Shown here: piece after piece, positions 14,089 to 30,425 of the stretch
Layout: each line of letters opens with the position of its first letter
Position numbering within the stretch: the stretch's first letter is position 1
Assembly (NCBI GenBank): GCA_951406725.2
Contig: OX597818.1
Location: forward strand, 112,282,001 to 112,346,000
DNA: 64,000 nt
Reading direction: 5' to 3'
Source of the DNA: Octopus vulgaris
Taxonomy: Eukaryota
Notes under the pieces: generated by a model
Told to the model about the DNA's origin: nothing
The model's database searches: none
The model's input: the letters and a program-made list of their open reading frames with translations, nothing else
Translations under genes and position numbers: made by a program

Positions 14089-14366
14089 TGTGTGTGTTTC
14101 ATCTAATCATTTACGATTAAATGAAAAGACAAAACAAAAAAAACTAAATTTTTTGCAAACATTTCAATCTCCTACAATTGCTATTGGACATCTTCCCCTA
14201 AATATATTTTCAGTTACCACAAAGCAAACTGATATTTTTGAAAAACGAAATATTTCCGAATGACCTATCTACCCACACGTATTTACTACAGATCTACAAA
14301 AGTACACCTACATACATATACATAAACACACACAACACACACATGAACACAAATATATATTATTGC

Positions 14367-14410
<44 letters not shown>

Positions 14411-15421
14411 TAGTCAGTGGATACACCTATTTATCATCCTCACTTTAATGCTAGTGTCTCACTCAAAATTTAATACTTTTTAATGGTGATTATGGCTACT
14501 TGATAATTATAATTAATTATATAATGTAATTATAGTCATATAGCTGAACACAGAGCTTTCAGAGTTAATCAATGTCTAATGTATATTTTCGCCACAAGAA
14601 AAAAGTATTTTAGATTTTACTTGTGGCTCAAGTTTGATTTGATTTTTTACCAAAGAACGATCATTCCAAGCAAATAGTATGTCTAATGAACGTACAAGAG
14701 ATGCTTTCTAGAGAATGCAACTGTGTTAACATACGATGGCTCACTACATTTATCGTGTAAAATATATGAGCAGAGGCAGGTACAATGTTATAAGATTTTA
14801 AACAACACATATTTAATCCTGTTTGTAGGAAATGACTCATCGCTGTGCTTCATCTAAGAAATAAGTGTTAAATGCATACTAGGCTGATGTGACTGAGTAT
14901 CTAAAATGAATACCTGTTCGTGTATTAACAAAGAAAAAAACGATAATCAATGCATATGTCAGTAGTTAAGAAATGTTTATATCAGTGAAATATTATAGAG
15001 GATACGTATTTAAAATTATCTTCATTATAATATTAAATACACACTATTTAAATGTAAATATTTACTGAATGTCTTGCCTGTCCATTTTCATCGGTTTGTC
15101 CTTAATTTGTCTACGTTTGTATGCAGACAATTCGTTTGTTCTTGTTTCCTCGGTTCTGAGTGATATAAAGATTACTTTGCATAAATCCCAAAGTGGTCTG
15201 CGGATTAAATAAAAAACAAAACAAAACAGAAAACTGAGAGCGATTATCATATTTGATGCATGGGCATCCAAGAAATATTTTTCTGCGTATTGCATGCCAT
15301 ATCAGATAAAAACAATCAGTTTGTATTATGTTTATAATTTATATATGGTACACAGACTGACACAGAAACAAAGACACACTGACAGACACACACACATATG
15401 CATATATGTACGTGTGTGCGT

Positions 15422-15501
<80 letters not shown>

Positions 15502-17645
15502 CTATATGTGTGAACTAAGAAAGACACCCTCCACATTGAATTGGGAATATTACTTCCAGCGGTGTAGATTAATTAATTAAAATATAATATTCATTACATT
15601 GCAACATATTGTCATTTTTTTCTTTTCTTACTTGGAGTACAAAACTTATGTAATTCATTAAATTTTATTGTCTAAGCTGAATATGTGCAAGAATATCTAT
15701 ATTGTGAAATCACAAATGAAAAGGAATTTCACAGATGCCATTGATTTATTATCGGAAATGAAGAAGACGTAATGGACGCCATGCGAACGGGAATTAGCAG
15801 TAAATATTATATAAGGACATTATGCTGTTGCCTGATAATTAGTTTCCTAATTAGAATCGATAACATGTAATGCTAGACGTTAACTAGGTGTTGTTATTGT
15901 CTTGATGAAGTCGACAGAATGGTGTGTGTCTGCTAAATCACTTGATAATTTTCTTAATATGAACGTGCCGAAAATATTAGATCATCTGTGTAAAGTTCAG
16001 TTTTCACTAAATATGTAATCTGATTCCAATACTTAATATTTCGTAAGTATACGTGACTTGATCGGTTAAGTATATACTGCAATTCTTCATAGAGTATTGT
16101 TCACACTAAAGTAAGCTCAGGTCTTTCGCATAGACGTCCTATGAATCTCATTCGGAACATCCTTGTTTTTAACCTACCATATATAACGCATAATTAATGA
16201 AAGGACATGCTAATGATATAAAATAAGAACAGGCTCATTTCATAATATTGGTTCCCTAAATTTCAACATATGCAATGCCAACGGACTTTGTTAGGGTTTA
16301 CCCTCAGTACTGACAATAACGATGTACAGATATTCTTAGCGAAACTCCTTCCAAAATTCTTATCGGTGTAGCTGGAGCTGTGCACATGAATAACTCCTAC
16401 CCCAAAGTATCTGCACAAATGCTATTTGTCTTGAACAATCTACAAATTGTTTGCACTTTTATGACAAGAAATACGAGACTTGTTGAAGAACCTGTTCGCA
16501 ATGACAAGCGAATACAATTTTGTTGATATATCTTTCTGAAAGACAAGTTTCTAATCAAATATGTTATATATTTTCCTTCTGGAATCTTTTCAATATTATT
16601 ATTATATGGGAATTGTTATAAAAAATGTAGATAGAAACATGCAATTCATCGTGTGGCATGAAATGAGAATTACCTGACAGCAAGCGAATCCCATTTGTTA
16701 TTGGAATTCAGTTTTCTTTCGTTGAATATACATAAATTCCAACTCGACATTTGGAGCTTTACGTAAGATATCGAAATGAATAGTCTGGAAAGTCAAAGAT
16801 CCTTGTGTTAGAACCCTTACTTCAAGGTTCATAGCAACTAGAAAAAATATAACTGGATGACCAGTTATTTCTGTGTGTTACATATTCATAAATAGTCCGT
16901 TCGCGTTCATACAACTATGAATTTGATTACAAGAGTTGGTCTAATTTTTGTCCATTAATAGTTATTGATGTGTCAATTAATAATAAAATATTATAAAAGC
17001 TTTGTTTTTGCTGAAGCAAAATCATAGTTTATTGGAAGGATTAGATATACAAGTACATTATAATAAGTGTGCATATATCCGATTAACAACTACAAATGCA
17101 GCGTTCGTGCAACACAAGGGGAAAATGCATTAGCATGTTGAATGTAATGTTGTTTCATATGTTTATGCTTCTGAAAACGGTGCTGAAATAATTCCTGCAA
17201 GCTTGACTTTAGATCATCAATGCGTTTAAAGCTAGATTTGGATATGTGAGTTCTGGCTCTTACAACCGTATGGGAAATCAATAGTTCTTGGAGAAGAAAT
17301 TAACGATTAACGGAAATTGTAGGATCTATATCATGGCTTTTTCATGTATATATATAAATCCTACTAAATTATATTTCTGTGGCATGTTACGTATCTTTAT
17401 GTACACTCATATATCACGTTATATTGCCAAAAATAAAATTATTCCATTCATCATCGGGTTACACTCCACATTTGTATCAACGCATACAGGTAGGCAAAAC
17501 ACTTTCAAACGTATATGCGCATACGTGTGCGCTTATATGCACATAGACCCCAAAACACACATATATGTGCATAAATATGTGTTACGTGCGCGTGTATATA
17601 TATATATATATGTACATGCATACATATGTATCAATATATAAAGCA

Positions 17646-17688
<43 letters not shown>

Positions 17689-17848
17689 TATTTGTATATC
17701 TTTCTATCTATCTATATATGCATATATATATATTTATATATATACACATATATATACATAAAAATACACACACACACATAAACGTATGCATGTACATATT
17801 CATATGTATGTTTGTATGTGTACCTTTGTATATACACTCATTCAAACA

Positions 17849-17898
<50 letters not shown>

Positions 17899-18499
17899 GA
17901 TTATTATTATTATTATTATGGAAACAGAAGCATACTCGTAACTTCCGAAAATATATAAAAGTGTATTCAAATTTGTCATCCAGTAAATTCGCATAAAGAT
18001 CCGTATAACTTTGTAGATAAAGTGAAGTTATATAATAAATTTATTTTCACCGCCTCGAACAACTCGATTTCAAAAGAGAGAAAGTAATTGCATGGAACAT
18101 AATATGAAATCCAGAGCTATAAATATAAAACGGATACAATATTTAGCAAACTAGTTTTGCAAATGTTGATATTGTATTTGTCCGGGGTTTAAGTACTGTT
18201 ATAATTCAAGATGTCGGTTATCCTGTGTAAACATTTATCTTCCAAACTGGGAACAGTTTTAATACATAAAATGCTGTAAATTATTAATGTTTTACTACAT
18301 CCTTGCGTCAAATGTATGCAATTAATACACTGTGATTCAATTGCATTTCAGCAATACGTTTTCTTTGTTAATATTTATTTTTTATTTTTTGAAATATTGC
18401 AGATGAGATCTGACATTGTTAACGTAAGATATTTAAAACGCGTCTCCTGATTCAATGCAGTTGGGATCTTAACAATGCCGGAGATTATGCTTATAGTGA

Positions 18500-18716
18500 T
18501 AATCCTTTGCATTATGGTCAGTCGATCACATCGATCTCAGTACTTGACAAGTACTTGATTTATCGACCCCGAAAGGATGAAAGGCAAAGCCGATTCGTGC
18601 GGAATTTGACTGCAGAACGTAATGGCCTGCTAACGATGCAGCCGTCTCGCCACCTTAAGGGCTGATAATACTAATAATGATTAGATGCTACTACTACTAC
18701 TACTACCATCACCACC

Positions 18717-18778
<62 letters not shown>

Positions 18779-18905
18779 GTCTAGGTAGATTTTGTCTTCC
18801 ATCATTTAGGGGTCGATAAATGACGTACCAGTGAATCACATGGGTCGATGTGATCGATTCATACGCCCACCCAAAACTGCTGTCCTTGTGGCAAAATTTG
18901 AAGCG
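18500..18905. mobile_element. Two degenerate SINE family 2 pieces (18500-18657 minus; 18780-18905 plus) around a (CTA)n tract
   Basis: atcgaccccgaaaggatgaaaggcaaag and ttccatcatttaggggtcgataaa cores. Confidence 0.7.
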
Positions 18906-18918
18906 ATTCTTCTTCTTA

Positions 18919-18980
<62 letters not shown>

Positions 18981-19305
18981 GACGGTACGAATCCCAACAG
19001 TTAATAATGTAGCATTAGCAGAAAAATGATAAATTACACAAATATTCATAGAAATATTTTGAAATAGATGTAATACAAGTGGATGTATTGAAAAGAGAGA
19101 CGATTGTCTATGATAAGTATCGTTGAAGTAATTGAAAATCTGCAGGCAAATCTATGCCGCATGAGAAGCTTCACAATACTGAAGCACACGGACAGCATAA
19201 AGCAAATATAGCTCTTAACTTCTGCAAGAATACTCTCACGAATGATGTAGACAGGCGGAAATACAATAGCAGCACAGAAAGCTGGACACAAGTATGTCTC
19301 ATATC

Positions 19306-19746
<441 letters not shown>

Positions 19747-20883
19747 AGCATCATACTCAGTAACAAAACAGGCAAAGGAATATCTAAGTGAATTCCGAAT
19801 ACAACAAATTTCAGAATTAGAGATAGACATACAAGAAACAGGCACAGAAAAGGCTAAGCGCATGAAAACCCATGCTAAATCTGCGGCCTTAGATATTCTG
19901 AATGATAAATGGCAAGAAAAACCTCTCTATGGCAAATACCCAAAGAGAGCAAATAATGCAGATGTTGACAAAGCCCTGACCCATCAATGGCTAATGGCCT
20001 CTGGCTTAAAATCTGAAACAGAGGGGTTTATCATAGCAGCTCAAGATCAATGCCTACCAACAAGAAACTACCAGGCCAACATATTAAAGATCAGAAGCAG
20101 TCCAACGTGTCGTGTATGCCAGCAACAAAATGAAACCATTGACCATGTGGAGTCTTCTAGCGCCTACAGGGTATCTCAACAGACACGATAGAGCTGCACA
20201 ATATATTCACTGGGTAATCTGCAAAAACCTGGATTTGCCCCATGAAAAAAACTGGTGGGAACACAAACCACCCCCAGTGCTTGAAAATGACCACATTTCA
20301 CTCCTCTGGAACTTCACCATTCAAACTGACAGAAAGATAGATGCAAATAGGCCAGACATCATATTGAAAGACTTCAAACAAAGAACATGCCTCCTCATTA
20401 ATATGACTGTCCCAATCGATATAAACGTATCTGTCAATATAGACCTACCAAAAACTGAGCAAATATAAAGATCTTGAAATAGAAATCAGCAAAATGTGGA
20501 ACCTGAAGACTAAAACAATACCTGTTGTCATAGGTGCCCTGGGAATGATATCAAAAGGGGCTGATAGCTACCTAACTCAGATACCAGGAAACCCCAAAAT
20601 GGCAGAAATTCAAAAGATAGTGCTCATGGGACCTGCTCATATCCTACGCAAAATACTTTCTATGTAATCTTAAGGTTTAAAACAAACATAATTTTCGGTT
20701 TAAAAAAAAAAAAAATTTTTTTTTTTAGACATTCATTAGTACAACACCAAAAATCCCCCCCCCCCCCAAACATATGGCACACTAGGCATAACAACAACGT
20801 GAACTTCCAACCTGTTGTCTCTTGAGGTCTCTGGGTGAGACTTGGAGTCAACTTGTACAAATATAAAGCAAAACTCAAACATA

Positions 20884-20884
<1 letters not shown>
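19747..20884 (+). mobile_element. 5'-truncated Dong/R4-clade non-LTR retrotransposon (subfamily A), frameshifted
   Basis: WQEKPLYGKY, LKSETEGFIIAAQDQ, CRVC..ETIDH zinc knuckle, RHD and ANRPDI restriction-like endonuclease motifs. The 3' end runs into (TAA)n. Confidence 0.9.
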
Positions 20885-20946
<62 letters not shown>

Positions 20947-20964
20947 TAATAATAATAATGATAA

Positions 20965-21835
20965 TAAAAAGCTATGAAGCAAATGAAATCCAAACTAAAA
21001 CTAGAACAGCAAAGGACCATGATAAAACGATGGCAAGAAAAGTCCCTTCATGGCAAATACTGGACTAAACTAAGTGCAAAAGAACTAGACAAAGAAAAAT
21101 CCCAGCAATGCTTGAGAAGCTCAGGACTCAAAGCAGAGACAGAGGGATTTTGAATTGCAGCACAAGACCAAAGCCTCCCCACCAGAAATTACCAAAAACA
21201 TATAATGAAAAGAAATATAACAAGTAACTGCAGAATATGTGGAGATGGACAAGAAACAATAAATCATGTTATCTATGGCTGCCCAGTCCTGGCTAAGAAG
21301 GAATATATTCACAGACACGACAGAGTTGGGACCTACATACACTGGAAGCTATGCCAACATTATGGAATAACAACAGAAAAAAGATGGTATAGGCACACAC
21401 CAGAAAAGGTCACAGAAAACGAGAAAGCAACCATACTCTTGGATATTCCAATACACAGAAATAGAGAAATTAAAGCCAACAGGCCAGATATAGTTGTGAG
21501 AGATCATGAAGAAAACAAAACGCTTTCTAATTGATGTATCACTACCAGCAGATGACAACGTGTCTCTAAAAGAAATGGAGAAACTTTCAAAATACAAGTA
21601 CCTGGAAATAGAGGTAACAGGAATGTGGAATCTAAAAACAGAAACAATTCCTATCATAGTAGGTGCATTAGGAATGATGAAAAAATATTCAGACAAGTAC
21701 ATAACAAATACATCAGGACTTACAAACACATGTAACATACAGAAAATTGCACTACTGGGCACTGTACACATCCTACGCAGAACACTTTCAATACAGTAAC
21801 CATAACAGCATCACAACAAATCACATCTTATACCA

Positions 21836-21836
<1 letters not shown>
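20965..21836 (+). mobile_element. 5'-truncated Dong/R4 LINE (subfamily B), defective
   Basis: CRICGDGQETINH..C, HRHDRV, KANRPDIVV, KEMEKLSKY motifs; flanked by (TAA)n on both sides. Confidence 0.9.
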
Positions 21837-21891
<55 letters not shown>

Positions 21892-22308
21892 TAATAATAA
21901 TAATAATAATAATAAGAGTCGATGAAGGAACGAGGATGCGTTTTCTGCATTGGACCACTGATGAAGACATAGAACCACAGATGGTGAAACGTATGAAATT
22001 ATTAGATGATTATTAGGAAGTAATACAAATTTGATTTTTTGGTTTATATTTACGTTGCATTTCTTTAATTTGATTGCTTTTATAGACTAGTTTTAATTTG
22101 GTTGCTCTTATAATTACTGGAGCACACAAAACAATTGATTAAATAAGCAACTGTCTTCGTTGCTTAAGTTCAGAAACCTGAAACATGAGACAGAAATAGT
22201 ACAGCTTTGTAAAGTAACGTAACAAACCATTACAATGGTTTTAAGAATCAAGACGACCATCAGCTTAGAAGAGGGTTCAAGTTAGATCAACATTATTTTG
22301 TTGTCCGT

Positions 22309-22925
22309 AAGGCGGCGAACTGGTAGAATCGTCAGCACGCCAGGCGAAATAAGTTCAAATTCCGCTGAGGTCGACTTTGACTTTATCCTGAAGTATCAGT
22401 TGCGTACTGGGGTCGATCTAATCGACTGGACCCCTCCCCCAAGTTTGCAGACCTTGTGCCTATAGCAGAAAAGATTACTTTAAGCCGGCGAGCCGACAGA
22501 AACGTTAGTACGCCGGGCGAAATGCTTAGCGTTATTTCGTCTGTTTTTACGTTCTGAGTTCAAATGCTACTGAGGTCGACTTTGCCTTCCTTTTGGAGTA
22601 GAAAGATTAAATACAATTTGCGTACAGGATTTGATCTAATCGACTGGTCCTCTCCCCCAAAATTTCGTTCCCTGTGCCTAGAGTAGAAAAGAATATTTTA
22701 TTGACCTTGATTATAATAATCCTTTGTATTATAGGCAGAAGGCCTGAACTTTGTGGGAGTGGGTTAGTCGACTCCATCGAACGCTTTGCTAGTACTCATT
22801 TTATCAACTCCGAAGGATGAAAAGTAAAATTGGCCTCAGTGGAATTTGAACTCAGAACGTTAAAACGGACGCGATGCCGCAAAAGATTTGCCTGACAAGC
22901 TAACGATTCTTCCAGCACACCGCAT
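22309..22925. mobile_element. Cluster of three SINE family 2 copies (22309-22475 plus, 22482-22697 plus, 22717-22925 minus)
   Basis: Each has the ggcggcgag..gaggtcgactttg core or its reverse complement. Confidence 0.8.
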
Positions 22926-23634
22926 TTACCATATTTATAAAATTATACCGAAAGTCAAAAAATTTTATATGAAATTTGTCAGACTTATTTAATAGGGTGA
23001 CAAATGCAATAAACATGAGAAATGCGTCGATCACGAGATGGCCACAAGTTTGCTGACGTCATATTTCTGAAGGAAGAAACAAAGTCCATGGGACGACAAA
23101 ATAAATTGAACATGACAAATATATAAAAAAAATTAAACGTTAGGCATTGCTAATGAAATCCATTCTGAATTGTTTCCCAATCTTCCAGCGATCAATGCAT
23201 CGATTACAGGAACAAAGACATCCAAACACCAGATGTCTGTGACAACAATGACAGATAAAAAAAGAACAGATAAGAACAAAGCAAATATTCAGCCGTTCAG
23301 GCGACAAAATACACGGAATAATTCTATGAAGATACGTGATGCTGCTAGAAATAATTACCTAATTCCTTCAAATTACAACATATCCAATTAAAGAAGGAAG
23401 AAAAAATTAGATGGTGTAGTCCATGAAGGTTTAGTTCTGAAATAAACGACACGGTGTTCCACATAGGAATCTTATAATTATATTTCTGCTTAGGAAAAGT
23501 GTAATTTGTGGTTACATGAGAGAAGTTTCACATGTGATAATGGCTAGAAGTTTTGACACTAAGTTTGAAGGGAATGAGAGCTGCAATTCACTCCATGATA
23601 ATGCAAAATTAGAAAGTATTACGTTTAATATCGG

Positions 23635-23842
23635 TTTAAAATGTTGACACAAAACCGGCAAATATGGCGGAGGGGTAAGATGACTATGTCGAACTCAATG
23701 CACAATTAGTAGATATTTTAAAGACTCCGAAAGGATGAAAGGCAAAGTCAACCTTGGCGAAATTTCAACTCTGAATCTGAAGATGGTCCAAATGCCGCTA
23801 AGAATTTTGACAGATGTAGTAATAACTTAGCTAACTTGCGGA
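23635..23842 (-). mobile_element. Degenerate SINE family 2
   Basis: ccgaaaggatgaaaggcaaagtcaaccttggcgaaatttcaactc. Confidence 0.7.
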
Positions 23843-23849
23843 CTTAAAA

Positions 23850-26258
<2,409 letters not shown>

Positions 26259-26679
26259 GTGTTGTCTTTACTGGTCGAAAGGTGGGGCAACAAACCTCGA
26301 GTATAAAATTAAAACAACAAGAATTCTACAATGAAATAAGCTGAGAGTTTTCATGAAATAATGATTTAATATTCTTCTGGTTCTCACAAGAATATCGGAA
26401 AAAATTTTATATCTTTATAGAGTGAAATGATAATATATCATCATTTTACGAACGTGCCAAGACCTCGTTGAAATAATTTCATTTACAACATTTATTTCTC
26501 AAAGGAAAATAAATATGCTATCAATCACCAACGTACATTAGGAGATACTCTCCCCAATTTTCAATGTTTTAATTCGCTATCATCATCTAGACCTGGTGGT
26601 TTATCAGCATTACATGCTTTTCTATATGATAGGAAATTCTAAACAGTTAAGAATGCGGTATTTATTGTATGACGTGATA

Positions 26680-26913
26680 CCTATTTCTTTACTACCCACA
26701 AGGGGTGAAACACAGAGAGGACAAACAAGGACAGACAAACGGATTAAGTTGATTATATCGACCCCAGTGAGTAACTGGTACTTAATTTAACGACCCCGAA
26801 GTGATGAAAGGCAAAGTCGACCTTGGCGGAATTTGAACTCAGAACGTAGCGGCAGACAAAATACAGCTTAGCATTCCGTCCGGCGTGCGAACGATTCTGC
26901 CAGCTCGTCGCCT
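26680..26913 (-). mobile_element. SINE family 2, full length
   Basis: Reverse complement of the 31621-31850 type; aagacgtgatacct/atgacgtgatacct flanks resemble a TSD (gacgtgatacct). Confidence 0.88.
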
Positions 26914-26937
26914 TTTAAGACGTGATACCTTCATCGT

Positions 26938-27305
26938 GACTACTTTTGATCTTCCGTGAGCAAAGAAGGCATAGATTTCGCCGCAACTATTTTCAGAGTT
27001 TGTTGGCAGGACTTCCACGACATACCGGTCATATCAACAAGTTCGTCAATTCTTCCATGACGATCCTTTAAGATCAGTTCATGAATTTTGATTATGTTTT
27101 CATTCGTTCGGGTGTTCGACGCCTGTCTTGAACGAAGTCGGTCCTTAAGCGACAAGTGACCATACCTAAAATGGGAAAACCACTCGTAAATATGTATTTC
27201 TCTCATAGCAGCGTCCTTGTAAGCATGGCAGCTGTTTCGGCTGCCGTTTTCCCCAGCAGAAAACAGAATCTCACAGAAGCACGCTGTTCCTTAGTTTCAG
27301 CCATT
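26938..27305 (-). pseudogene. Degenerate mariner transposase N-terminal (HTH) fragment
   Basis: MAETKEQRASVRFCFLLGKTAAET..YEWFSHFR..LKDRLRS...VAAKSMPSLLTEDQK (WVP motif equivalent). Confidence 0.8.
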
Positions 27306-28354
27306 GCAAAATTCGACGAACACTGGAGAAGCACTGCTAAGCAAAGACGCATCAGTCGATGTAATTGAACAGTCACCTGCTCAAAACTTTCAGCCTTTGT
27401 GCTTTTTGATAGAAAGGAATATTTGTCTCAAACAGTCATGAAATAGTGAATACCTAGAACATAACTTATTAATTTATAACATGAAACATGTTAGAGAAAA
27501 TATTATTTCATTAAATATAAGCCTGTAATCTGTTAAGTCTCACTTCGGTAACATAATATAGTTGCGATCATGTTGCCGATAATATAAAAGAAAGGGATTA
27601 GATTCATTTGAAGTAGATGTCCGAAATGAATGACCAAGGGAATCACAAAATACTTTAGAGTTGATTAGGTGAGAACTTGGCGAGTAAAATAAAGCTAATA
27701 GAAAACGCAGCAATACTAGAAAATTTTTATACTAAGACATTAGCAAGAAATTTTAAGTTTTTCGATCTAACCTGAATGTGGAGACACAAAAATATAATCA
27801 AACTACAAACCAAAATGTTAATGGCAAAAGCAGACAGTATAATTGATATTAAGTTACAATGAATCTCATTATGACATGTCCAACAATAACATAATATGAC
27901 CACAGGTATGGCATATCATTGGCAAATACAATGATGCTTCTGTAAAAAAAAAAGGAGATATTTAGTGTAATGCAACATTAACTCAAGGAGTTTGGCGGTT
28001 ACATTGCTATGATATTCGAAACCTTAGCGGATTGATTTGCGTCGCCCCAGATATCATAACGTAAAATAAATATGGATGCTAAAATATTGTTCTGCAGAAA
28101 GTTAATAAGATGTAAATTACAGAAGTCTCAAAACTGAAATTAGAAAAAGACAAGAGACATTTATGAAAGCAGAACCCTATTACAGAATAAATGGTTTACT
28201 TACACAAAAGAGATCATTGATAATTTACGAACAGTATACAACTCTTTGCAGCTTTCTACAGAATCAAATAGAGAATTGTACGGGAATATGATCCCAAGAG
28301 GTAACAAGTAAAACAAAAACATCAGTGTAAAGTCCAAACCGACGTAAAAATTAT

Positions 28355-28769
28355 TATTTCTTTACTGCCCATAGGGGCTAAACACAGAGAGGACAAACAA
28401 GGTCACACAAACGGATTCAGTCGATTATATCAACCCCGGTGCGTAACTGGTACTTAATTTATCGACTCCGAAAGGATGAAAGGCAAAGTCGACCTCGGCG
28501 TAATTTGAACTCAGAACGTAGCGGCAGACGAAATACCTATCTTTTTACTACCCACAAGGGGTTAAACACAGAGAGGACAAACAAGGACAGGCAAACGGAT
28601 TAAGTCGATTATATCGACCCCAGTGCGTAACTGGTACTTATTTAATGGACCCCGAAAGGATGAAAGGCAAAGTCGACCTCCGCGGAATTTGATCCCAGAA
28701 CGTAGCGGCAGACGAAATAACGCTAAGCATTTCGCCCTGCGTGCTAACGTTTCAGCCAGCTCGCCGCCT
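28355..28769 (-). mobile_element. Tandem pair of SINE family 2
   Basis: Two head-to-tail copies; the first lacks its 5' head. Confidence 0.88.
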
Positions 28770-29584
28770 AACCTACATAAAAATATCATAAACAAACAAC
28801 ATTATAGCAGCACAGGTAGAGAAACTCTAGTGTCGCAAAAGCCATGGGAAACATTGCAAGACATAATATTTCCATTCAAAGTACCATTACAGCAGTTGAA
28901 CATATGCGATGTCAGAACAGCTTAAAAGATCTGTATTTCTAAAGTTGAAATGTTGTTGATTAATCGTAGAAGCAGTAGCGGAGAATGAAAAGAAAAACTG
29001 TAAAAGTGATTATACAGCAGAAAATGTTAAAACATTCGAATTCTTTTTATATTATGTATGCCATTTCTGCATTTGCAATTACAACATATAATATCACTTT
29101 ATAACACCGACAGGGACGTGACAAATTTGAGAAAAGATAGCTAGACAAGGAATCCATTAAAATTTATATAATTAATGAGAGTTGATGACAACCAGACAAG
29201 CAACCACTGTATATTGCAAGAATAAAAATTATCAAGAGGATAGTGAGTATGTATCGATGAATAATTTAAGGTTTCAATTATTCATGTAAATTACTTTCAA
29301 AGTCTAGTGAAAACTTGCTCTGAGCCGTTGTGAATTACAGTGGCAAGAAAAATCTTAAATCAATATTTGGTATAGAAGATTATTTTCTCACTAGAAACTG
29401 AAGAAAATTATTCAAATAGTAAGACATACTAGTGAGGCGGAGCAGAAGTAAAACACAATTTCTGAGGACAATAACGAATAGCCATGATGTTGGTGACTAT
29501 TTCTGACATGAATACGTTATAACAACTGTACACATATCTGTAAGAAAATATCTAACACGAGAGCATCATATAAACAATATATAA

Positions 29585-29643
<59 letters not shown>

Positions 29644-29878
29644 TATATAATAGAAATATTAAAATTACTAAGTCTCTCTAAAGGAGATTACGGCAGTCTT
29701 ACTGGATATTAATAGTTATCGCCAAACTAATATGGCAGTCCATAAATATAAGACTAAAGCTGTCGCTAATTACCTCCAAGAGGCCATCGCCTCTAGCTAG
29801 CTATATGACACAGGAACCTGCGTCCATTACAACCTTCGAACAGGGGAGGTCAGCCGCTTCACCTTACTGGTCAGACAT

Positions 29879-29919
29879 CTGCGGACATGTTTCAGGGTTG
29901 TTGCCCTTTATCAATTCAG
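29879..29919 (-). ncRNA. Hammerhead ribozyme, U3-A8 variant (stem I mutated in this copy)
   Basis: Minus strand reads ctgaa-TTGATAA-AGGG caacaa CCCT-GAAA-CATG-TC-cgcag. Confidence 0.6.
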
Positions 29920-30425
29920 CGTAGTCAGACCCAGCAAGTAAATAAAATCTTCGAACAGACGGTCGGTAGCGACAACCCTGAAACATGTCTGCAGATGTCT
30001 GACCAGCAAGGTGAAGCGGCTGTTCGAAGGTTGTAATGGACGCAGGTTCGTGTGTCATATAGCTAGCTAGAGGCGATGGCCTCTTGGAGCTAATCAGCGA
30101 CATCTTTAGTCTTATATTTATGGACTTCCATATTAGTTTGGCGATAACTATTAATATCCAGTAACGCTGCCGTAATCACCTTTAGAGAGACTTAGTAATT
30201 TTAATATTTCTATTATTGAAAACAAGTGGATGTATTCCACTGTAACTAGGTAAATAAAATCTTCGAACAGACGGTCGGTAGCGACACCTGCGTGTTTTTG
30301 TTTTGAAGAAAGGTGTTTTTGTTTTTTGGTGACGGATATTTCTGATTACGTTATTGTTGTGTCGCGGTTGTGAGATCGAATTCGTTGGTGGAAGCGGTTG
30401 CGGCGTTGGGAATTTTTTCTCAAAA

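Noticed and set aside
21950-22010. CTGATGA...ACCAcagaTGGT-GAAACGTA hammerhead-like string
   Set aside because: Stem II does not start next to the core and stem I has only 2 bp; at best a decayed relic.
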